Positions 31,053-40,577 of a stretch of 60,736 nt of DNA are shown here, one piece after another. The notes beneath the pieces are model-generated. The model saw only the letters and a list, made by a program, of their open reading frames with translations, was not told the DNA's origin and did not search any database. The stretch spans positions 1 to 60,736 of the forward strand of contig JBBTXG010000002.1 in assembly GCA_038062375.1 (NCBI GenBank). The letters are read 5' to 3'. Source of the stretch: Patescibacteria group bacterium. GTDB taxonomy: Bacteria; Patescibacteriota; Minisyncoccia; Minisyncoccales; UBA10102. Both the position numbers and the translations under genes were made by a program. Within the stretch, counting starts at the first letter, position 1, and the number at the start of each line of letters is the position of its first letter.

Positions 31053-32044
31053 AGGTTTTTGAGAAGAGAAATCCAGGCATTTCCAAATTTTTCCAATGTA
31101 AACTCTTTTGCAAAAAGATGTCCTTCCTCCCCCCTCTTTTCTTGAATCTGTGGGTTGGTCAACAAAAACTCTACTTTTCCTTTCAAGTCACGAAAATCTT
31201 CACAGATGATTTGTCTCCCTCCCTCCAGAAGTTCTCGCATGCCTGCAATTCCAGATCCAATCACCGGAGTTTTTACAAGCATTGCTTCATGCGCGGTTCT
31301 GCACCATCCTTCTTTCAATTTGGACATTGCAAGCGCCACGCACGAAGCTTTCAGCAAAGTCAAATACTCCCGGTATCTCACTTGAAAGTTTCTTACCGGA
31401 AGCTTCACTTCTTGTCGCCCGGAGGTTACCAGATGCACGGGAAGATGCTTTAACGCATGATATGCTTCCACCACTCCTTTTGGTCTTTGGCAATTCCCCA
31501 GATAGATAATTGGTTTCCCTTGGAGGCCGTACCTCTCCTTGAACTCTTGAACTTCTTGGGCTGGAATCTCAAATGAAGCAGAATCAAATCCATTATAGAT
31601 AACATGGATATTGGAATATCCTTTGTTTCCGAAATACTCTTTCCAAAATTGAGAAACCACCACAATCGCATCTATTTTTTTCAGGTTGCGAAAGAAAAGT
31701 TTCGTGAGAACAAAAAATACGGGCTGGGAGACCAAAGGGAATCCTGAAAAATCAAGATGATGCATAATCGCCACATTCTTTCCTTGAGTTCTATCAAAAG
31801 GCAGGGTGAGCACCGAATAAAAATCTCGAATCCAGATATCCTTTTCTCCTTTCAAACGCGAAAGACGCAAGAGGGACTCGGGAATCTTAAGGTATCGAAA
31901 TCTCTTGAGATGCTTGGCTTGCATATCCACAAGTTCCACATCAAAGTTTCCGGATACCATATCCCTTGCTTGTTCGTTGTACACAATCGCCCCTTGTTTT
32001 CGCAGGGAAATCTCGATCCACCCTATTGTCTTTCTTGTATCCAT
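31049..32044 (-). CDS. Glycosyltransferase family 4
   Basis: Motifs VVSQF, VIYNG and EGWCRTAHEAM..TPVIGS. Confidence 0.85.
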   Translation of the reverse strand: MDTRKTIGWIEISLRKQGAIVYNEQARDMVSGNFDVELVDMQAKHLKRFRYLKIPESLLRLSRLKGEKDIWIRDFYSVLTLPFDRTQGKNVAIMHHLDFSGFPLVSQPVFFVLTKLFFRNLKKIDAIVVVSQFWKEYFGNKGYSNIHVIYNGFDSASFEIPAQEVQEFKERYGLQGKPIIYLGNCQRPKGVVEAYHALKHLPVHLVTSGRQEVKLPVRNFQVRYREYLTLLKASCVALAMSKLKEGWCRTAHEAMLVKTPVIGSGIAGMRELLEGGRQIICEDFRDLKGKVEFLLTNPQIQEKRGEEGHLFAKEFTLEKFGNAWISLLKNL

Positions 32045-32069
32045 AACCAACAGTTCAGATGCCACCGTC

Positions 32070-33596
32070 TTATCGTTTGATAATATACAAAGCAAGTTCG
32101 TTGCCCAAATGTTCTGGCTTTTCTAAACTTTGCGTTCCTCCTTCCATACGCACTCCTTCCTCGGAGACAAATCTCCCGTTCGGAATATCATACCAGTACA
32201 AATCGTATATCCCTTGACTCATCCCTTCAAGCCCCATGTTTCCCTGAAGATTCCACGCATAGAGAATATAACTTTCTCCCGGATTTGCCAACACGTACTC
32301 GGTGCCTCCAGATGCCAACTCATCGGAAGGCGTCATTTCATCGAAAGTCGTTGATTCAAAGAATTGTTGGAGCCTTCTCATATCTCCGAGCATCTCTTGA
32401 GTTGGGGTACTATTCTCGTAGTAAGGGTTCCACGCGCCAAAGGTCAAATGGAAAGCGCCAGCCATTGCAATTGCCCAATGAATCTTGCGAAGCGTTTCTC
32501 GATCCCCTCTTTGGAGAACTTCAATGAGGGGTATAATCTCTCCATACACTACTGCATATCCCTTCTTTGCAGCCCGAACCGCTCCAACCGCATGGCGATG
32601 ATATTCTCGAGAATCATTACTCCCCTCTTGCAGTTGAATGAACAGAGCATCGATGTTTCGGTCACCTTCAAATCGAGAAAAAGTTGCGGGTTTTAACACA
32701 TGAACCCCAATGCCATGTTTATAGTCGTCTGTTTGGCCAATCGTCTCTGCGATTTTTTTCGTGTGCGGCACATACTCTTGCCAAGATACATGAAGAAATG
32801 CAAAAAGAATCAACGAACTCCCTCCTAGGATAAGGAAAGAAAATCCAATCAGCCCAAGATATCTCCTCTCCATCCTTTTGAGAAAGACGACAATGGCATA
32901 CGAAAGAATGAGGAGAAATGCAATACCCAAAAAGAAACTCGTTCCTCGATGTTCTCCAAAAAATCTCGCACAAAACTCGAGCGCGCCCCTGATTTTCACT
33001 GCAAGAGGTACGAAGAAATCAGGAACTTGTCTGGCAGACATTTCCTCTGTCTCCTCCATGACCACCCAAACAAGATTCTTGTGGTGCTCAAAACGATTCA
33101 CCAACGTTTCAATAAAATAGCGTTCTTGGGGATGCAGATTCCCTTGAAGATTCATCGGCCACCCAAGCTCCGATCGAATGGAAATTCCGTCATCATAAAA
33201 GAAAAATACGATCGTAATTCCGGCCTTTTCCATGTCATCGAACCATTCTTCCCACTGGTGAAGAATATCCTCGTCAAGCTCTCCCTGAACATCAGAATCA
33301 ACAAAAGGATTCTCCGTCAAATCTCCATCGCCGTGAGAACGCAACGCCAACACAACCATTGCATTCCCTCCAGAACTTTTCACGCGCTCGATGAGCTCTT
33401 TTTGATCTCCATTCCTTGTGCCATCAGGGTTTCGTATCCCTCGATAGAGAAACCCTTCGGGGTCTGCCAGACCAATAAGAAAAGGATGCCTATCAAGATC
33501 CGTGAGAACCCGACCTTCACTGCCCGCACCCTCCAAGGGAATAAATCCCCAAAAGACCATTGAACCCAAAAGAAGTAAAAAAAGAAATGTTCTCAT
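32070..33596 (-). CDS. Exported glycoside-hydrolase-like (DUF4038/apiosidase-like TIM barrel) protein with an internal TM hairpin
   Basis: Signal peptide; RFEHHKNLVWVVMEE; C-terminal LANPGESYILY...YDLYWYD beta domain; two hydrophobic helices mid-protein. Confidence 0.55.
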   Translation of the reverse strand: MRTFLFLLLLGSMVFWGFIPLEGAGSEGRVLTDLDRHPFLIGLADPEGFLYRGIRNPDGTRNGDQKELIERVKSSGGNAMVVLALRSHGDGDLTENPFVDSDVQGELDEDILHQWEEWFDDMEKAGITIVFFFYDDGISIRSELGWPMNLQGNLHPQERYFIETLVNRFEHHKNLVWVVMEETEEMSARQVPDFFVPLAVKIRGALEFCARFFGEHRGTSFFLGIAFLLILSYAIVVFLKRMERRYLGLIGFSFLILGGSSLILFAFLHVSWQEYVPHTKKIAETIGQTDDYKHGIGVHVLKPATFSRFEGDRNIDALFIQLQEGSNDSREYHRHAVGAVRAAKKGYAVVYGEIIPLIEVLQRGDRETLRKIHWAIAMAGAFHLTFGAWNPYYENSTPTQEMLGDMRRLQQFFESTTFDEMTPSDELASGGTEYVLANPGESYILYAWNLQGNMGLEGMSQGIYDLYWYDIPNGRFVSEEGVRMEGGTQSLEKPEHLGNELALYIIKR

Positions 33597-34435
33597 GTGG
33601 TGCTGCTTCTCTCTAACCATACATCTCCTTGATAAGGAGATCCCTCTTTTATCCGTCGTACTTGGAATCCCTTGGTGCCAAGAAACTTCACGAGCGCAGA
33701 TCCCGTGTTCTTCGTATCTCCCAAATGGTTGTGGTACTCCAACCGTATCTCTCTGATGCGAGAAAAGTATGGATCGGGAAGATGATACAAAATATCGTAT
33801 TCTGCTCCTTCGCAATCTATCTTCAAAAGATCACATCGCAAAATCCCATTGCTTTCAAAAACTTCGTCTAAAGGAATGCACTCTACCTCTATGAATTTTT
33901 GAGCAGAGATCTTTCCTGGAGAAAACTGCGCGTGAAAAGGCGACTCATGGATAGGAAGAAAAGAGTGGAGGGGCGATTCTCCCAGGTACAATCGTCTTTT
34001 CTCTCGCCTTCCACTGACCGCATAGGGATAGGGAGAAATTCTGTCTTCCAATCCATTGCGTGCAATGTTTTCTTTGAGCAGAGAGAAATTCTCTGGCATT
34101 GGCTCATAGGCATATACCCTTACCCCCGGCGATTGACACGCATACAGAGCATAGACTCCAATGTTTGCCCCAATATCAATAAGGACGGCGTTTGGAGGAG
34201 GGGGTTCTCCATAATCTTTTTTGATAAAGATCACTGCAATGGTGCCTGAACTCATGCCGTCTCCGGTTCTGATGTTCATGCCGTTTCGCAATGCGTAGAC
34301 ACGCCCCTTGTTGGTGAGTCCGACATAATCGAAAACAAACGGAATCCAATTCTTAACACTTCTCCAAATGCGTGGAATATACGTTACGTATGAAAAGGCG
34401 TGGGGAGAAACGATCTCTTTGATTTTCCTTCTCAT
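33593..34435 (-). CDS. FkbM family methyltransferase
   Basis: Motifs IDIGANIG, YAYEP and DLLKIDCEGAEY. Confidence 0.9.
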   Translation of the reverse strand: MRRKIKEIVSPHAFSYVTYIPRIWRSVKNWIPFVFDYVGLTNKGRVYALRNGMNIRTGDGMSSGTIAVIFIKKDYGEPPPPNAVLIDIGANIGVYALYACQSPGVRVYAYEPMPENFSLLKENIARNGLEDRISPYPYAVSGRREKRRLYLGESPLHSFLPIHESPFHAQFSPGKISAQKFIEVECIPLDEVFESNGILRCDLLKIDCEGAEYDILYHLPDPYFSRIREIRLEYHNHLGDTKNTGSALVKFLGTKGFQVRRIKEGSPYQGDVWLERSSTT

Positions 34436-36432
34436 AACTTAAGCGCCTCTATTCTCATGGGGAATACGAGGTGCACCTGTTCCTTGGGCGGCCTCGATGC
34501 ATTGGTATCATCCACCTCTCCAAGAGAAAAGAGAACTCGAAAGAAAAAGGTGTCTCGCATTCTCACAAAATGAATGCGAGGGATCGCGGCAATCGTTGCC
34601 ATATCAGTGGTCAGGCGCACCACCTTTTCTCGATCTCCCACTTCAAGCTGTCCTGCCGTATTTCCAAGTCCGGAGGAAGATGATACCAAAAATGAAACAG
34701 GGCCAGGTTCCATGCGTTCCACGTCTTTAAGTGAAAATACCTCCGGGAACTCTCCTCCATTTTTGCAGCTGTAAAAAAGTTGCTTTGGCAAGAACGCTTC
34801 CGGATGCAATGTAACGATGCCCGAGACAAAGGAAGAGGGAGATAAGTCCTGCAACTCAAACTCATAAGAAAGTTCTATCCAGTTGCCGTGAGAAGGAATC
34901 AACCATATCTTGGCAATGGTGCCCAGAGGGGTTTTGATCGTCCCTTTCACCTCGAGACCGCGGGGCTTCTCTGCAATCTCTGGCTCCACAAATTCCAAAT
35001 CTGTTATTTTTGGCTTTCCAAACATTTCAATGATCGTGTGTCCGGTATAAAAGTCAGCTCCCAAGTGAATATCTTCGTAATACCCGTGATGCAAGGTACC
35101 AACCAAGGGTTTCCGAGAAACCTTCTTGAATATCGCAGAATCAACTGCCAACCCCCTTCTCCTGTTCAGCACAATCTGAAGGGAGGCAGTCTCCACGGTT
35201 AAGAGATTTTGTTCGCGAGAAACTCTTGGGTTCGTTTTGGCGCTCTTGCCTATCAAGGTTCCTGAATTCTCTTTTTCTTTTGGGAGAAAGGGCTGCGCAA
35301 AAGAAAGCATTGCTCTAAGACTCTTTTGAAACTTTTGGAATTTCTGCTCTTCAATATGCGTTCGAAAATCACTTGACCACAAAAAACAGAGTTCTTTCCA
35401 TTTTTCTTTTTTTTCTTTGAGAGAAGCTCTCCACCTCTTTAACCCTTTCAAGATCCGGTAGCACGCACTATTTATTTGGAGGTTATCTCTTCCTGCGAGC
35501 GCCCATCGCGTAGGCGTATATTTTTCTTGCTTCTTCACAGGGATCGGCTGCCCGGGTGCATCCAATCGAAGCTCATGGAACGCGTGAGGACGTTTGGCAA
35601 GATGAAGTACTTGAGAAGGAAAAACAATCTCCACGCTTGAATCTTCCAAGAGCGCGGCAAACAACTTTCTGATTCTGTTCCACTCTCCTTCCGGATGAAC
35701 AACCCCTTCCGTATGATAGCGGCCTGGCCGATAATCGAAAATCTCCGCGTCATTGCCATAGAGGGGAAAAAATCGAGTCTGCTTTGCCTTATGGGTTGCC
35801 AGAGAATCCATATACTCATCAAGTTCCAACTCTCCATGAACGTATCGCTGGAATTTTTGAAATGCAATGGATTGGTTCCAGATCAAGGGGATCTTGGCGC
35901 CAACCTGATCTGTTGCATATTGAGGATGATACTGCCATTCTTTCTTCCATTCGGGATGTTCCTTGTGAGGATTCTCCCACTCCATCACAAGGGCCTTGAA
36001 TCCCGCCTCTTTGTATAATTGAACTAATCCTTGGGAATATGTTTGCTCATTGACATAGGCAACAGACGGACGCCTCGAAAGAAAGGATTGATATACTTCG
36101 TTTCCGAGCCGAAGATTCCATTGATTCACCTCTGCTGGCACCAAGGGTCCGATAATCTGGGCATAGCCTGATCCCACGAATTCACATTTCCCTTCTTTGA
36201 GCAACTCTTTGAGCTTGGAGACCCAGGAAGAATCAACCTTGTTGATTTGCTCTAATGTATATCCAGGAGCCTCAATTCCTAAGGGAACATTCAATTCTTC
36301 CACTACATGCAAAAGAGGCCAGTAGCATTTCTCAACAAGAACTGGCCATTCTTTTTCTGGAATCGAAGAATAGAGGATATTCAAATGGAAAACGGTATAA
36401 AGCTCAAGTCTTCCTTTTCTTACACCTCCCAT
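34432..36432 (-). CDS. Glycoside hydrolase family 57-like protein
   Basis: Motifs VFHLN, KCYWPLL, GSGYAQIIGPLVP, NEQTY and YGNDAEIF. Start trimmed to the ATG at 36432. Confidence 0.75.
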   Translation of the reverse strand: MGGVRKGRLELYTVFHLNILYSSIPEKEWPVLVEKCYWPLLHVVEELNVPLGIEAPGYTLEQINKVDSSWVSKLKELLKEGKCEFVGSGYAQIIGPLVPAEVNQWNLRLGNEVYQSFLSRRPSVAYVNEQTYSQGLVQLYKEAGFKALVMEWENPHKEHPEWKKEWQYHPQYATDQVGAKIPLIWNQSIAFQKFQRYVHGELELDEYMDSLATHKAKQTRFFPLYGNDAEIFDYRPGRYHTEGVVHPEGEWNRIRKLFAALLEDSSVEIVFPSQVLHLAKRPHAFHELRLDAPGQPIPVKKQEKYTPTRWALAGRDNLQINSACYRILKGLKRWRASLKEKKEKWKELCFLWSSDFRTHIEEQKFQKFQKSLRAMLSFAQPFLPKEKENSGTLIGKSAKTNPRVSREQNLLTVETASLQIVLNRRRGLAVDSAIFKKVSRKPLVGTLHHGYYEDIHLGADFYTGHTIIEMFGKPKITDLEFVEPEIAEKPRGLEVKGTIKTPLGTIAKIWLIPSHGNWIELSYEFELQDLSPSSFVSGIVTLHPEAFLPKQLFYSCKNGGEFPEVFSLKDVERMEPGPVSFLVSSSSGLGNTAGQLEVGDREKVVRLTTDMATIAAIPRIHFVRMRDTFFFRVLFSLGEVDDTNASRPPKEQVHLVFPMRIEALKL

Positions 36433-36531
36433 CTGCCTAGTATATCCAACCTGTCCCTCAAAATCAACTTGACAGAACTCACTTCCATATACTATTCTAT
36501 TTCCAGAAAGACCGATGGAACTCATCTTTTG

Positions 36532-36569
36532 TACTATACTATAGATGCTATAGCATTTATAGTATAGTA
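36532..36569. repeat. 38-bp loop-less palindrome (one mismatch)
   Basis: TACTATACTATA-g-ATGCTA|TAGCAT-t-TATAGTATAGTA. Confidence 0.85.
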
Positions 36570-36689
36570 AATTTCGATTACGCAAATCAGAATATCTTTT
36601 GGCCTACTGTTGAGTGGGCAATTCTAAAGAAGTTGGCTTTCGTGAAATGGTTAGTAGTTAGACGCTCAACATCTAACACCACAGAAGGG

Positions 36690-36717
36690 TTGACTGTCTT
36701 GACAATTCAAGTATGAT
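36690..36717 (+). promoter_or_regulatory. Sigma-70-type promoter for the kinase gene
   Basis: TTGACT-N16-TATGAT, 30 nt upstream of the ATG at 36748. Confidence 0.6.
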
Positions 36718-36747
36718 TGGATGTAGTCATTAAAAATAGGGGGGGAA

Positions 36748-37551
36748 ATGCTAAAAGGTAAACTCATTGGATTTGGTACAAGGTCAGAAGTCTTTGAGTG
36801 GGGGGAAGACGACGCACTCAAACTTTCCCGTGAAGAAACTTATCCCCTCAAACAAGAATTTAGTAACACCGAAGCGGCTTATCGTGCTGGCCTGCCTGTG
36901 CCTGAGCCAAAAGAACTTCTACGCATAGAAGGAAGGGATGCGATTGTCTTTGAGCGCATCCACCACAAAACAACCCTATGGGCACAACTCACAGATGAGG
37001 TGCCGTGGATGTTTATCGAACGTGCTCGTGCGTTCGCAGAACTCCACGTAAGAATACATAACTCGCGTATGGATGGACTTCCGCGCCAAAGAGAGTTCCT
37101 TGGCGAGCACATCCAACGCGCTCTCATATCTCCAAGCCAGAAGGAAACCATACTCAGAGTTCTTAATAAGTTGCCTGAAGGGATGAGTCCTTGCCACTTT
37201 GATTTCCATCCGGACAACATCTTGGTTTGTCCAGATGACTACATCATCGTGGATTGGCCACTGGCAAACTGTGGAAATCCTCTTGCAGATGTGGCAAGGA
37301 CCATAGTTCTCATCCAGCAGGGGTCACTCTCGGCTTATAACTCCCGCCCGTGGATCGCAGACCAAGAATTTCGTGCGTGGTTTCTTCATTTCTACCTCAC
37401 CCGATACCTCGAACTCCGTCCAGGCTCACAGACAGAGCTTAAATGGTGGGAAGGAATAATTGCAGCTGCGCGTCTCGCTGAAAATATTCGCCATGAACAA
37501 AGCCTCCTTCTCCAAAGAGTAGAGGCTACAGTGGCACGAACAGACACATAG
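36748..37551 (+). CDS. Aminoglycoside phosphotransferase (APH/ChoK)-family kinase
   Basis: IGFGTRSEVF P-loop, Brenner motif HFDFHPDNI, IVDW and GNPLADVAR. Confidence 0.88.
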   Translation: MLKGKLIGFGTRSEVFEWGEDDALKLSREETYPLKQEFSNTEAAYRAGLPVPEPKELLRIEGRDAIVFERIHHKTTLWAQLTDEVPWMFIERARAFAELHVRIHNSRMDGLPRQREFLGEHIQRALISPSQKETILRVLNKLPEGMSPCHFDFHPDNILVCPDDYIIVDWPLANCGNPLADVARTIVLIQQGSLSAYNSRPWIADQEFRAWFLHFYLTRYLELRPGSQTELKWWEGIIAAARLAENIRHEQSLLLQRVEATVARTDT

Positions 37552-37562
37552 TGCATCAAAAT

Positions 37563-37606
37563 GCCACCAGATTTCCATGTATAAGGTTTTGGTGGCTTTT
37601 TCTTTT
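37563..37606 (+). terminator. Terminator after the APH gene
   Basis: GCCACCA...TGGTGGC followed by TTTTTCTTTT. Confidence 0.6.
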
Positions 37607-37734
37607 GTCTCAAGCAAGTTGATGAGAAGAAAAACTATATAAAAAGAAACTTTCCTGTTCGCTGTTAGGAAAGCTTCATATTCGCAGACAAGAAAAACTT
37701 AACCCTGGGGAATGCGATGAGGAAAAACACTTTC

Positions 37735-38109
37735 TCAATAGAGCACCAAGTAAATCACCTGGCCGTTACGAGCCTCAAGATCGACAAGACGTTCGTGACC
37801 AGTGTAGTTTATCCTAGCTGCCAGAATAATTTCATCTCCATGTTCTGCCTGCGAAAGAACTTCAATGGGGAAACGACGCCCCCCAGGCACCCTCTCGAAA
37901 GGCTTCTCGGATTTTATCAAGTTCACATAGGCAGTGTACCGCCTTGTAGTATCGTGAGGCACAGGACCCGACGGTACTGACTGAAAGATTTCTGCAACTG
38001 CACCGGGATATCCAGGACCATAGGGTTCCAAGTAAGTGATCCCGGGTATCCCGAGATACAATGAAGACATCCCTACATAACTTATCTTTGGTTGTACACT
38101 CTGAACCAT
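37735..38109 (-). CDS. Hypothetical protein (about 124 aa)
   Basis: Fills an otherwise empty gap; G-rich SD-like GGGGGGAGA before the ATG; no recognised motif. Confidence 0.5.
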   Translation of the reverse strand: MVQSVQPKISYVGMSSLYLGIPGITYLEPYGPGYPGAVAEIFQSVPSGPVPHDTTRRYTAYVNLIKSEKPFERVPGGRRFPIEVLSQAEHGDEIILAARINYTGHERLVDLEARNGQVIYLVLY

Positions 38110-38278
38110 GATTCTCCCCCCCATTGCACTGGTTTTGAAATTTTAAGGGAGTTTCTCCCACCAGTGTATGCTAAATATATTAATACATTACATTTACAAT
38201 TGGATCAATCACTCCAAGATTATGTGACTGTTCGTGCTGGGACGTACAAGTCGTGAGTTGTGCTTTGGAGGATCTTCT

Positions 38279-38300
38279 TATTCTTGCATATGCAAGAATA
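38279..38300. repeat. Perfect 22-bp loop-less palindrome
   Basis: TATTCTTGCAT|ATGCAAGAATA. Confidence 0.85.
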
Positions 38301-38460
38301 GAAAGATACAAAATTTTACGAAATTGCGCCCTCGACTGGCAACTTTTTGAGCGAGGCGATTTTCGTTTTGAGGAAGTTCAATTTCTCAAACCCAATGAAT
38401 TAGGCGTATTTCCTGCGCTATCGTAGCATACTTGGATTGTCTCTATTTGATTTTTTTGCC

Positions 38461-39510
38461 TCAAGCGAGTTGATCAAAAGAGATCAAAGTATCTTCTTTG
38501 ATATCCACGATGGCGCGCTTCCCAATCACATCGGGAAGATAGCGGCTTTCCAGACCAGTGCCTGGATTCTTAAGCGTGAGCATGTCTCTTGTGATGATCG
38601 TGCCTTGAGGGATACGACTCACCGAAACAATCGATACATGGTACTTTCTTCTTGTAACCCACTCGGGCGCAAGAATCCTCCGCTCTCCCGATCCTAACGC
38701 CTTCTCAATGATCCGTGCTTCCTGCACAAGGCGCTTGAGCTCCTCGGGCTCCACGGAGAGCTTGTGATCAAAACCCATCATGTTGCGATCAAGGGTAATA
38801 TGGCGCTCAACCGCCTTTGCTCCCAAAGCAACTGCGGCTAAGGAAATAACAATGCCGACCTCGTGGCCTGAATAGCCAATCGGAACATCGGGATAGCGCT
38901 GCTGCAATGTTTGCATGATACGAAGGTTCGCAAGCTCTGGCTGCAGGGGATACGAAGAAATGCAATGAAAAACAAGCAAAGGTATGTTGTGGGCTTTGAT
39001 CGTCTTCACTGCCTGATCAATTTCATCAATGGTCGACATCCCTGTGGAAATGAGCATGGGTTTACCCTTTCTTGCAATGTGTTCAAGCAACGGCAAGTTC
39101 GTAAGAGAGTGGCTCGCGAGTTTAAAAGCAGGCACCCCAAGTTCATCGATAAAATCAGCGGAGTTGACATCAAAAGCAGTGCACATGAACATAATTCCTT
39201 TCTGGTCGCAATACATTTTCAGTTCACGATATTGCTCTTCTGAAAACTCAACATGTTCTCGGATCTTTCGATAGGTATTACCGAATTCGGGAAATCTGCT
39301 ATCAGGTGCGTCGAGCACTTCTTTGATCGCAAGGTTTGCGACATCCCGCTTTTGAAATTTTGCGCAATCTGCACCAGCTTCTTTTGCCGCATCAATGAGT
39401 TTCTTTGCAACCTCCATATCCCCATTGTGATTTAAGCCGATCTCCGCAATGACAAAGCAAGGGCTCTCGCCCCCAATGGTTTTATCTTGGATTTGAAATG
39501 TGTTGCTCAT
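38461..39510 (-). CDS. neuB: N-acetylneuraminate/nonulosonate synthase family (NeuB/SpsE) with SAF domain
   Basis: Motifs IAEIGLNHNGD, AKFQKR, FHCISSYP, GYSGHE, ERHITLDR and KNPGTG. Confidence 0.9.
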   Translation of the reverse strand: MSNTFQIQDKTIGGESPCFVIAEIGLNHNGDMEVAKKLIDAAKEAGADCAKFQKRDVANLAIKEVLDAPDSRFPEFGNTYRKIREHVEFSEEQYRELKMYCDQKGIMFMCTAFDVNSADFIDELGVPAFKLASHSLTNLPLLEHIARKGKPMLISTGMSTIDEIDQAVKTIKAHNIPLLVFHCISSYPLQPELANLRIMQTLQQRYPDVPIGYSGHEVGIVISLAAVALGAKAVERHITLDRNMMGFDHKLSVEPEELKRLVQEARIIEKALGSGERRILAPEWVTRRKYHVSIVSVSRIPQGTIITRDMLTLKNPGTGLESRYLPDVIGKRAIVDIKEDTLISFDQLA

Positions 39511-39517
39511 ACAGTTT

Positions 39518-40081
39518 TCAAGAGGCAAGTATTCCCATGAATCTTGTTTTTATTTCCTCGGGGGTATAAGGGATGATTTTCGTGCCCTCCAGTTGTTCTT
39601 TCTCAACCTTTGCTAAAAGAAAATGGGGTCCTTGTTTTTCGCGAATTTGTTCGAGCGCGGCCTGGAGTTCTTCTCTGCTCTGAACTCTCCATACGCTTGG
39701 ATATCCGCATGCCTTGGCAACTTCACTCAAGTCAATCTTTGCAGAAAGCGTCTCTTGTCCTCCGGTGGTGGCATAGATCTCGTTATCAAGAACCACATGC
39801 ACCAGGTTGGCAGGCTGCAAATACCCTACCATAGCAAGATTATCAAGATTCATCAAGACATTCCCATCGCCGTCAATCACCACGACACGCCGCTCTTTTC
39901 TCTCAAGCGCAATGCCCAATCCAATGGAAACGGTCTTGCCCATCGAAGCTAACATATAAAAATTGCGTGGAGCATCGCGCTTGAGATATCCTTCTCTGCT
40001 AATCCTTCCATTGGTAAATATAAAGACCGCCTTCTCATCCATCGCATCATATACAATAGTCAGAGCTTCATCTCGTCTCAT
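39518..40081 (-). CDS. ThDP-dependent phosphonopyruvate/sulfopyruvate decarboxylase, beta (TPP-binding) subunit
   Basis: Motifs NGRISRE, NFYMLASMG, IDGDGNVLMNL and LDNEIYATTGGQ. Confidence 0.88.
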   Translation of the reverse strand: MRRDEALTIVYDAMDEKAVFIFTNGRISREGYLKRDAPRNFYMLASMGKTVSIGLGIALERKERRVVVIDGDGNVLMNLDNLAMVGYLQPANLVHVVLDNEIYATTGGQETLSAKIDLSEVAKACGYPSVWRVQSREELQAALEQIREKQGPHFLLAKVEKEQLEGTKIIPYTPEEIKTRFMGILAS

Positions 40082-40577
40082 CGAGGTATCCCCTCCGCAT
40101 AATCAAAGCAGCAGAGGTCTTCTCCTGCTCTCCTATGCGGAGGGCTTTTTCTATTTCTCCTTTATAATTCTCCCTCTCAATGAGAAAACCCGGCATCTGG
40201 ATAGCTTCGAGAAAGGGAAAGGTAATCTTGCCCCAGTCAAGATGCTGCACTTCGTCTTTTCCGTCGAATCCTCGCCAGGCAACCAAAAACAAGAATGGAA
40301 TTTTGTAGAGTACATTTAGTGTCATAATGGCATCGGCAGCGTTTCCAAGTCCTGAATTTTGAAAGACCATACACGGTTTCTTCCCTGCCAGATACGCTCC
40401 CACTCCCATTCCCACTGCCACATCTTCGCACGTCGCAGGGACATACGAAAGTCCCCGCTCTTGGATCAAACGAATCACTGCGCGCAAGACCGAATCTGGC
40501 ACTCCACAGAAAAAATTCGTTCCGCGCGACACCAGTTCGTCTATCAATTCTCCTGACGTAAGGATGTTGTTATTCAT
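40068..40577 (-). CDS. Phosphonopyruvate/sulfopyruvate decarboxylase, alpha subunit
   Basis: Motifs FFCGVPDS, QNSGLGN and WRG...DEVQH...GKIT, which are Ppd/AepY-like. Confidence 0.88.
   Translation of the reverse strand: MNNNILTSGELIDELVSRGTNFFCGVPDSVLRAVIRLIQERGLSYVPATCEDVAVGMGVGAYLAGKKPCMVFQNSGLGNAADAIMTLNVLYKIPFLFLVAWRGFDGKDEVQHLDWGKITFPFLEAIQMPGFLIERENYKGEIEKALRIGEQEKTSAALIMRRGYLDETR

Noticed and set aside
36657-36677. GTTAGAC...ATCTAAC upstream of the APH gene as an integron attC site
   Set aside because: The boxes are in the wrong order and spacing for attC, no RYYYAAC follows the APH stop, and there is no integrase in the window.
39518-40577. Coenzyme M (ComDE) biosynthesis
   Set aside because: No comA/B/C in the window, the context is glycan synthesis and the alpha motifs look Ppd-like. 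A sulfonate substrate is kept only as an alternative.
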